The translations under genes were made by a program, and so were the position numbers. From positions 4,526,001 to 4,590,000 of the forward strand of contig OX597828.1 of assembly GCA_951406725.2 (NCBI GenBank): a stretch of DNA of 64,000 nt, written 5' to 3'. Shown here in pieces: positions 53,881-64,000 of this stretch. Within the stretch, counting starts at the first letter, position 1; every line of letters begins with the position of its first letter. This DNA is from Octopus vulgaris. Taxonomy: Eukaryota. The notes beneath the pieces are model-generated. The model had not been told where the DNA came from, did not search any database, and worked only from the letters and a program-made list of their open reading frames with translations.

Positions 53881-54169
53881 TCTAAACCACACATGAGTGT
53901 TTACGTATATGAATATATTTTGATAATATTTACTCAGCTCTATTCATATCTGAACACACATTTGTGTGTCAATATAAACAGGTGCAAATGTAGATTTACA
54001 AAATAAAATTAACTCTTTTTAGCATCGTTCCAAATTAAAAATAAAAGCATGAGCAATCTCTCCCTATGGGATACACTAAAACTGTTAATAAACATACAGT
54101 AATAAATATCCTCCACTGAGTCTGAAATCTGGTTTTAACGTTTGTTTTCTGACTGATTTATGCACGGAG

Positions 54170-54218
54170 TTTTATGTATGCATGTATGTATGTATGCATG
54201 CATATATATGTATGTTTC

Positions 54219-54294
<76 letters not shown>

Positions 54295-54334
54295 CATATA
54301 TATCTATCTACCTATCTTTCTGTCTATCTGTCTA

Positions 54335-54373
<39 letters not shown>

Positions 54374-54390
54374 ATGTATCTATCTATCTA

Positions 54391-54441
<51 letters not shown>

Positions 54442-54500
54442 AATATATACATACATATACATATATGTGTATATGTATATGTGTATGTATGTATCTCTCT

Positions 54501-54540
<40 letters not shown>
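54170..54540. repeat. Compound (TATG)/(TATC)/(TGTC)/(TC)/(TA) microsatellite
   Basis: Seen directly. Confidence 0.95.
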
Positions 54541-54545
<5 letters not shown>

Positions 54546-55858
54546 GTCATTAATTTATCTTCAGCTTAGTCTAATTAGCATATTCACCTGCTGTGAGTGT
54601 TTGTTTCTTCGTTCGTTGATTTTTAAGTATATTATCCATAATTTACAAGTGAAAACACGGGTACGCAAAACAACGTAAAATTATTTTCTTGCTGAGATTT
54701 CTTTTTGTATTTTGTTTTGACAAGTAAATGATATTCAAGATCTATTGACTTTTGTTCAAAATGTTTCTGACTACTGTTTAACATATGGAAAACATCATAG
54801 ACACAAATTATTCTCTATCATATCATACATATATTTCAACTATCTCTTTGTATTATCTCCTACCCACCATTTGCAGAATCAGTAAATTACTCTAGAGAAT
54901 TCTATGCTTTACGAAATGTCAACTTCTATTAGTCATGTAGACTCGATATGCCTTTTTGGATCACAGTTCTTTGGAAATTGTTGCCCACTATGTCTCCACA
55001 GAACTGACTTGCTGTCATGGTGCCACATACCTGTCAAGAATTTAGAATTTGGCCTATAATAAAATAATGCTATTTCACCATCATGCAAAATTCCATCAAT
55101 ACTTATATCTGCGTTCTGAGAGACAATTACAATTATCTTTTGGAAATGCTCTGAATTTAACATGAAGGTAAAAGAAAAGAAATCGTCCAAGAATATATGA
55201 ATTCCTAAGTATAGAATGAGATAGAGAGAGAGAGAGAGAGGTGGGGAGAAAAAGAAATGAAGTACAAATACCGGAAAGAATATACAGACAGAAATAACCC
55301 AAATGAGTGCGAGTCAGGAAAAAGATAGAATCAAGCCGTAATAGAGCGAGTGACAGAAAGAGAGAGCAAGATAGACACAGAGAGAAGGACAGACAGAGGG
55401 AGAGAGAGAGAGAGAGACAAAGAGACAGAAAGAGAGAGGCAAAAGAGGAAATAGAGAGAGAGAGAGACGGAGACGGAATGAACGAGGAATATACAAACAT
55501 GGACAGAGAGAGACAAACAGACTGGGTGAAACGAACTACTTAGAGGAAATATAGAGAGAGCAACGTGATTACGAAGAAACAAGCATCTATCATTGAATGA
55601 AAGATTGTGACAAAATGAATAGTTCTTTATTAAAGATAAATGTACTCATTTTGAGTCCTAAGATTAAAAGCAACGATAGCAGCATGGAAATACAGTCATT
55701 ATTTACCATGCAATTGAGTGAAAGTTAAACTGTTTACATTTATCATGAGTAAGGGCACATACGTGTAAGAATATTCGGAAGTATGTAGATATTGTGTGTG
55801 TGTGTGTGTGTGTGTGTATCTGTATGTTTCTATGTGTCTTTATATGTATGCGTATATG

Positions 55859-55914
<56 letters not shown>

Positions 55915-56582
55915 TGTATGTGTGTGTGTTTGTATTCATAAATATAAAGATACTTATATTTATCTTTCGAGATAAATACATATGTTAGTATATATTTATA
56001 TCTTTGTATATACATACATATATATCTACACGCACGCACATAAACACACTCATACACACACACACACCTACACTCTCACGCAAACGCTGATATGGATATA
56101 TAAAAGGGTAAGTCACTGTATTCAAAGTTTTGTTTTGATAGTTGCTTACCCTTTTCGTCACACACTGTAGGTATGAGGATGCTGAAAAGAGTGGTTACGC
56201 CGATAGACTTGATATATAATTACAAAGGTGGGGACAAGATAGATAGGGATGCAGAGAGGGAGCAGGGGAGAGAGAGAGAGAAAGACGAGAGACGAGAGAG
56301 ATAGGAGAGAGAGAGAGAGACGAGAGTGATAGGGGAGAGAGACGGAGGAAAGAGAGAGAAATAGACAGAGACAGAAAAAAATATCCAGTAGACAGTCAAC
56401 AAACCAGAAAGGCAGGCATCTGAGCAGACAGTGAAATATTGGAGGAAGGAGAGATGCAGTGAACAACGTGAAAATATAAGTTATGTAAAAGACGAGAGAA
56501 AGGAGAAAAATATGGGATGTACAAAAGACGAGCGGAATTAGAAAGTCATAATGATATAGTTATAGACTGTGCATTGAAGAGA

Positions 56583-56645
<63 letters not shown>

Positions 56646-57387
56646 GCAGCGAGAGAGATAGAAGTGAGGGGAAAGAGAGAGAGAGATAGAGAGAGAGATA
56701 GCTTAGTGATAGAAATGGAAAGAAAAGAACAGAGGGAAATTTGTGGAATACATACATAGATAAAATACACGCGCACACACATCTACGCACACCGAGGTAG
56801 TCTTTTTTCAATCTTTTACACTAGTAATGATATGGAAACGGTAATACTGTATTGTTTTACTCATACCAAACACTTTCGTTATGAAACTCCCTATATTTCT
56901 TAACCCTTATATAACGTCAATTCTCTAAATTACAGTAATATACCCTAACTGCTTCGCACTGATGTTGTCCAATGAGACTGCAATACCTAAAGGAAAGAAA
57001 AGTTAAACATATTTGTGAAAATATTTTTATTCCTCTCACTAACGTAAATAATTTCAAGACGATTCTCTTTTGTGAAAGAAAAACGAGAAGTGAATTAACT
57101 GAGAGATTACAATATACACAAATTTCGGCCGGGATATTCTGATGAGCGACGCGGGTTCAAGCGAAAGAGGGCGATATATTGATATCGGAAGTTGTGCTTA
57201 AGGGAAAGAACACTTCACTAGAAATGATTGGAGTTAAACCTCTTCGTCGAAAAACTGCCGAATAATTCCGATATGATTGGGGTTGAAACTGTAAGACATA
57301 TGCGGCAGTAGTTATATGCGAACGAAAACGAAGGAAGAACGGATACAACACATTATAGTTTCATGCCCATGCAAACTTGAAATTAAA

Positions 57388-57427
57388 TCTACTACTACTA
57401 CTACTACTGATGCTACTCCTCCTCCTC

Positions 57428-57469
<42 letters not shown>

Positions 57470-57530
57470 TTACTACTACTACTACTACTACTACTACTGT
57501 TACTGCTGCTGCTGCTGCTACTGCTGCTGT
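57388..57530. repeat. (CTA)n/(CTG)n microsatellite
   Basis: Seen directly. Confidence 0.95.
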
Positions 57531-58001
57531 AGAGAATAAACTCTTTATTGTAAAGCGATATACTCATTATATTCCTTCGTGTATTTCCTTCTTCATGAAG
57601 TTAGCAACTTCTACGACTTCGTAATCACAATGCCCAGCGAGACTCAAATATCTGTATTCGGTTGCTAAAGAACCTCTTATTAAAACAAAATTTGAAAGAA
57701 TATAAATTCAACGAAAAGTGATAAGATTTTGTCTTCTGAAGGGAGTAAAACATCCAATCTACTAAGGGAAAACATTTTTACACGCACACGCACGCACGTA
57801 CGTACACCCCCAGCACCACACCAGTAGATATATTTAAACATATATATGCATTCATAAAATTTGCGCTAGTATTCTCTTTGTATTTGTGCTTATTCAAAGG
57901 GTGACATTTCTAGTTCAACTGCACTATTCTACATAAATTTTTCCATTGTGTTTCAGCTTGCTCGTTTATTTCTGTCGTATATGTTTCAGTAGTCACTGTA
58001 T

Positions 58002-58127
58002 GGTCAGGAGTAGCTGTATGGTAAGTAGCTTGCTTACCAACCACATGTTTCCGGGTTCAGGCTATAGTAGAAGATACTTGCCCAAGGGGCAGTGGATTTG
58101 GTAGACAGAAACTGAAAGAAGCCCGTC

Positions 58128-58193
<66 letters not shown>

Positions 58194-59212
58194 ATGTAAA
58201 ACATACAAACTGGGACAAGAACGCAAAACATTTAGAAGACGATACAAAAAACACAGACGGGACATTCGAAGCCTTCAATCTTCAGTCAAGAACCGGATCA
58301 TCCTCGCAATTTCGGCTGATTAATTTTGAGATTGCTCCGACCTGGCCATCCCCAAAGGAAAATCCAAGCCAAGCGCATTAGATTCCTTGGAAAAAAGCCT
58401 CGAATGTATACAAAAGAAAGACGGGAAAACGGACGATGTTACACGACTAAGAATACAAAAATACTTGAAAACAATAATAACGCGAATAAGAATACGAAAA
58501 TACGTAAAAACAATAATGATAATAATAAATAATATTAACAAAAACAGGATGTCACAGACAGGACGGGTGAACTTGAGCTGGCGCATTAGAAAAATGCCTT
58601 GGGGCAGAGAGAGAGAAAAATGTGTCTAGCCTCGACGGCTGCTGACCACGGAAAGGTCAGTTAGCCACGTGTGAGGAAAAGAGAGAGGAAAAGAAGGACA
58701 GATGAAGAGAGAAAAAGGGAACAAGGAACAAAGAAGGAGAGAGAGAGAGAGAGAGAGAGAAAGAGACAGATCAAAGTGGAGTGCAAAGTGTGAAAGGCGG
58801 AGAAATGTAGGAGAGGGGGGAGAGAGAGACAGTGTTATAGAGTTGTACCAAGTTTAAAGAAAATATGTACTTACATAGAAACCAAAAAGGGTACGGGCGG
58901 CGCTATATATATATGTATATGTAAAAAATACAAACTGGGACAAGAACGCAAAACATTTAGAAGACGATACAAAAAAACACGTGTGTGTGTGGGTGTATAT
59001 GTTTGTGTGTCTGTGTTTGTTCCCCCAACATCGCTTGACAACCGATGCTGGTGTGGTTATGTCCCCCGTAACTTAGCGATTCGGTAAAAGAGACCGATAG
59101 AATAAATACTAGGCTTACAATAAGTCCTGGTATCGATTTGCTCGACTAAAGGCGGTGCTCCAGCATGGCCATAGTCAAATGACTGAAACAAGTAAAAGAG
59201 TAAAAGAGTAAA
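58002..59212 (+). mobile_element. SINE family B split by a nested insertion (head 58002-58128, tail 58981-59212)
   Basis: Head and tail are collinear with the two halves of the 22413-22827 copy. Tail ends (AGTAAAAG)n. Confidence 0.88.
58196..58980 (-). mobile_element. Non-coding element with about 59-bp terminal direct repeats (725-bp period), probably PLE-derived, nested in the SINE microsatellite
   Basis: GTAAAA.ATACAAACTGGGACAAGAACGCAAAACATTTAGAAGACGATACAAAAAACAC at 58196 and 58921. Strand and PLE origin are inferred. Confidence 0.6.
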
Positions 59213-60245
59213 ACGTAAGGAAATTTGTAATTACGGTTTTACTCCTGATGAGTGGCTGTTTGTTCTTACCATTTCTGTCATCCTTTCACTCTCCGGTCTC
59301 GTCTTCTCTCCCTCTCCCCCTCTCTATCTCTCTCCCTGTCTATCACTTGATATTGGTCTTTATCTTGTAACTGACGAGATATAGGGATATATTTACATAT
59401 ATCCATACATAAATTCTTTTTATACATAGTTTCATTTACATTCATATATACATAACTGTATCACAAAACTGACATCGTATTGTGCCAAAGTGCCCATAGA
59501 GGAAAAGTTTTACCTCAGTTTTATATTGCAATAAAAAGCAGATGTTATTTAGCCTCGTCTTTCAAAAAAAAAAAAAACAATAATTTTTCTTACCTGAAAA
59601 AATAATTTTTCAAGCAAAATTGAATTATATATGCCTGTCTGATATGGAATATTATATATAGATTAAAACAAAAAGATTTTGTTCTATTTACCAAAGAATG
59701 AATCTTTCGGTAAAAGAAAAATTGCCATGTAAGTTTGACGATTCCAAAGTCTCAGCTTTTCAGAATATATTATACATAAATTTTATAGCTTACAAGCACG
59801 CTTCAAATATTTATTATTCCATTTTTATGAAAACAAAAACGCTTCCTGTTGAAGAAACCGATGTATGTGGCAGATAAGATTATAATTTCTCTTACAATCC
59901 TTGCAAATTACACTTCCTCAAATACGTACTTTTCGTCTATTATGTCAGTAGTACTAGACATTGCTTGTTTCCCTAAATTTAAATTTATATTTGCATAGTT
60001 ACAAATTTCCCGCGTTAGACTTGCGTTCAATAATTTTCTCCATGAACACTTATTCAGTGAACGCTTTTCCTACGACCTCTTTCATTATATATCTGTATAT
60101 GTACCCTTTCCTGTGGAAACATAAACGTGTCTGTATCTGTGTGCATACATAAATATAGATATACCGGCATATACATAGATATATTAGTGCACAAATACAA
60201 ACGCATACTTATGTATGTATACACACACACACGCCAAATCATCCA

Positions 60246-60303
<58 letters not shown>

Positions 60304-60375
60304 TATATACATATATACATAAAACTGAAAAAAATTTGAGGTCAACAAGGAGCACGGCTGGACATTTATTTTGTA

Positions 60376-60477
60376 TTACTACAATTGTTTCACACAAAGT
60401 AGTTCTCCAGGGGTGCAGGCACTTGGTTATGCAACCGTTTCCCTGCTTTATGCGATCTAGTTGTGTTTCCTCAGTCG
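60376..60477 (-). ncRNA. Type I hammerhead ribozyme motif
   Basis: Minus strand: CTGAGGA-A-ACACAA...TTGTGT-GAAA-CAATTG-TA. Helix I is degenerate. Confidence 0.6.
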
Positions 60478-60789
60478 ATATGTAAATATTGTCTCCGTTA
60501 GTTCAAATTCTCGGCTTCAAGATCATCCACAGTGTCTCTCGTGACCTGAATTTAGTGGTATTCACTGAGTTTATCAAAGTGTGTTGTTATTGAAGGACCG
60601 GTGGGAAACAGCTCTGAATGTGTAGATGTAGTGAGATAGTGATTTCGTTATTGTTCAATTGGTTGCCATTTTAAAAGGATTGGCATTTGATTTCTTTGTA
60701 CTGTTGATTTGTTCTTCATGGTTGGTTTCATAAGCGATTGTCCGTATCTGATCTAAGTCATATGTAGATATAATATCAACAGTACGGGG

Positions 60790-61310
60790 AACAGTTATCA
60801 ATTAAGACATCAAACTATGGACGATATGGGGTAGAAATAATTCCTTCGATATACAAATGGGTTCGAGTGACTCAGCTCAGGTCATGTATACCATAGGAAT
60901 TTACATCATATTCCACATCAAATCTACATACCAATAAATAGCGGTGGGAGGAGGTCTGTACAGCGGCGATGCTTTTTTGTAATAGATAATTGTACTAAAG
61001 CAGATACAAAGAAATACAGGAAAATAATACACAAATTATTTTAAAATTTCGGTCTATAAACAAAGACAGTAATTACCGTAAAACAAATTTCCTAGATACT
61101 ACGTTTAGTTTAGAAACAGGGATGTACGAACCATACAACAAACAGAACGAGTGACCTAGATACATAAATGTAAAGTACAATCATCCGCCATCCATAACTA
61201 AAGTTATAGTTAGGAACATAGCCAACAGAATATAATGTCTGCCAGCCGCTGAGACAATATTCAACATACATTCACCCTACTATAATGAAACACTGACATG
61301 GGAGCCTCAG
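60790..61310 (+). mobile_element. Penelope-like element (Poseidon-type) RT fragment
   Basis: FDIQMGSSDSAQVMYTIGIYI...GGLYSGDAF resembles FDVTMGSYDGAE..L.G.Y..GLYRDDGL. Also FLDTTFSLETGMYEPYNKQNE*PRYINVKYNHPPSITK...IANRI. Confidence 0.85.
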
Positions 61311-62204
61311 AAAACTAATTTACGTTCAGTTACCCTCATTTCGAAAAATAAGCCGACGACACGCAAGATCTCTAGTTGCGGACCTAGTATGCAGATTAAA
61401 AGAAGAAATAATGAAATATGGAATGGAATGGTCAATAATGGCTTTACGTATCTCAGATACCGGCATTAATTAGAATGTTACAGAGATAAATTCAGTTGTT
61501 CGCTTCTACTTCTTATTGCCTTAATCTGTTTGTTGACAGGCGGACATTATACAATCGTAATCAGTTCTGCGTACGTAACTTGCTAGATTGCCTAACTGAA
61601 GTATAATAGATTCGTTGCTGTTCTCTAGCAATGATCTTCAACTTTCTTAAAACTATCTATAATATGGTTTTTAAGGAAAATGTATTTACCGGTATCATTA
61701 CGTGTTAAATTTATATACATTTTTTAAAAACAAATCCGTTATTCCATAATTTTACTTTATCAGAAAATCAAATTAACTTTAATTGCACAAAAGTTTCATT
61801 GAGTAAAATTTGATCACGTATATTAGCAAATATCTCAATGGATTATTTTCAACGTATATAAGCATGGAGTTTGTTGATAACTTACTCATTAGTATGCCTT
61901 ATTTTACATTTATTTCAAGATTTTAGGTTTCTAATCCCTAATTGGAGTTAGCTATAGAGCTAAGCTGCCATATTTAGTTTTTTGCAGTTCGTTGAAAAAT
62001 AATATGAAAGTTACATCAAATATATTTCAAAAATATTCTGAACGAATTCTGCCGATCTTGCTGTAAAACTCGAAATTATATTAGTTTTATTTAGCAAGCG
62101 AATGTTGTTTATAAAATATTTGATTTATATATATTTTTTATATATTTTCAGGATCTGCCCACAGGTTCTTCTCGTATTTACGGAAGCCATTAACATTATT
62201 TTGG

Positions 62205-62400
62205 TTTCAAATTTTGCATAAAGCAAGCAGGTTCGTAGGGGGGGATGTATGCCGATTACATCGACCCCGATGCCCAAATTATTAACTCGGAAAGGATACG
62301 ATGCAAAGTCCACCTTTGTGACATATGAACTCCGAAAGCAAAGAGGTTGAAAAAAAGACGCTCAGTACGTTTTTCGACGCGTCAACCATTTTATCAGGTC
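62205..62400 (-). mobile_element. SINE family A, old
   Basis: CGATTACATCGACCCC...GGAAAGGATACGATGCAAAGTCCACC...TGAACTC. Confidence 0.6.
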
Positions 62401-64000
62401 ATCGTTATGCTACATGTATATACAACTGCTGCATTATTACCATCTAAGTATTTCGTTTCTATAGATCAGGTGCAATAAACATTTGTAAAACCGTGTTTTG
62501 GCCGGCAAAAATTTCAGAAGATTCACTTCTTTTAAGAAACCGCAACCAATAATTTTACGGTATACACACAGTAAGATAAATAGTTGAAATTTTTGAAGCG
62601 TGAAATGGAATCATTCCATAATTACCCTGTACAAACAAATTAACAATCTAATGTCTTATACTCAGAGAAATAGATGCAGACATTGTAGAATAGCGCCGCT
62701 CAAATGTAACTGCAAATATCCCTGTGTGCAACACCCGTGTCCGTTTCCTCAGCCTTATGATTGTACAGAAAAAGAGATTTATTCATGTTATAGTCACCGA
62801 ATTTAAACTCTTTTGGAAGAGTTAAGTAAATGGCCAACTCAAGGCAACACTTAGATTTCGAAATGATGTTCTAACATTGATTTAGCAACGATGCCTAAAA
62901 CAAACTGAAACAATATAGACTTTAGCTGTAATAGGTCCTACTTTAATTTAATATATACCGTTGAATTAAAAGGTGTCTATTTATTAATGGTCCAGCAAAT
63001 GGAAAATAATAACGTTCCGTGTTCATAACTCTATAGATCAAGTCACTATACCGATATTTCCAGATGGCTACTTGTCAGCATCATTTCCCCTCTTTCTCTC
63101 TCAACTCTTTTCCTTGTACACACAAAGCGCGCGCACATACACAGAGGCAGGCATATAAGTACAAATAGAAATACAGTTATAACATATATATCAACACAGA
63201 GACACACACAAGTTTACACACATGCACACACACACGCACACATCAATATGTGTCTATGTATATATATATATATATAATAAAGGCAGAAGAGTTCAGACAT
63301 TAATGGCGCATTTGAATAAAATATGAACGTATTTGAACATAGATCAGTTGGTTGCTACTCAGACAGATGGTTAAATTTTAATGTTGAAACACCATTTACT
63401 TCTCAAACTATCCAAGTGTTCATCATCTTATTTTCCGATTTTCAAACTTTGAATGGATGATGCGAATTTTAGGCGGTTAATAATGCAACAAAATTTATTT
63501 GTCGGTACGAAAGAAAACTGAAAATGCTTTTGTATATAACACTATGGCATATGAATAATGATGCTCAAAACTTATCTATTAAGGTACACAATTAGATATA
63601 TGAACATACCTAAATAAATAAAATACATACATGTATTTACACACATATACAATTGTATGTACATATACATACCTCACATATGTATAGAAACACAAACGCA
63701 TATATATGTATGTACAAATATGTACGAAAGCCTCTACGTATGCGTGTCTGTCTGTCTGTCTGTCTGTCTATCTGTCTGTATGTATGTATGTATGTATGTA
63801 TGTATGTTCTTTTCTGTTTTCAGTATTTTAATTCTTCCCAATAAAGATGCAAAGATCCATCGTTGGAATGTAGTTAGCGAAAACAATGTCATATTTTAAA
63901 CCCGAGAAAAGTCTTCCATACTTTTACAGTTCCGCTTAAAGCATGTATTTGTAATGTGCGAGTCAGTTGGTTGATTACGAAACCTAAGCTTATCCCGAGT

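Noticed and set aside
54933-55190. 85-aa minus-strand ORF in unique-looking sequence
   Set aside because: No recognisable motif, non-ATG start, and no supported splice structure.
57135-57180. CTGATGA...GAAA hammerhead-like spacing
   Set aside because: Helix II is only 2 bp and there is no helix III or UH site.
59240-59400. CTGATGAG and CTGACGAG boxes
   Set aside because: No downstream GAAA with a closing helix.
1-64000. CRISPR array or prokaryotic operon
   Set aside because: No regularly spaced repeat-spacer array and no dense ORFs; the sequence is eukaryotic repeat-rich DNA.

Overview
AT-rich, microsatellite-dense eukaryotic DNA with no recognisable host protein-coding gene. The repeat families suggest a cephalopod, probably Octopus; this is an inference and was not checked against a database. 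The window is mostly decayed transposons: Penelope-like elements (PLEs; Neptune- and Poseidon-type RT/GIY-YIG fragments), R4/Dong non-LTR elements sitting in (TAA)n, RTE and CR1-type LINE fragments, two tRNA-derived SINE families, mariner/Tc1 relics and a Tc2/pogo-type MITE. The most notable signal is about ten type-I hammerhead-ribozyme-like motifs on both strands. They have long helix-II loops and a tiny palindromic helix III whose sequence varies while the palindrome is kept. The best-preserved one (27081-27162) lies inside a non-coding 534-bp unit with near-identical 155-bp terminal direct repeats, which looks like a retrozyme. Most short ORFs in the track are microsatellite translation artefacts. 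All calls were made by eye, so boundaries of old fragments are approximate.
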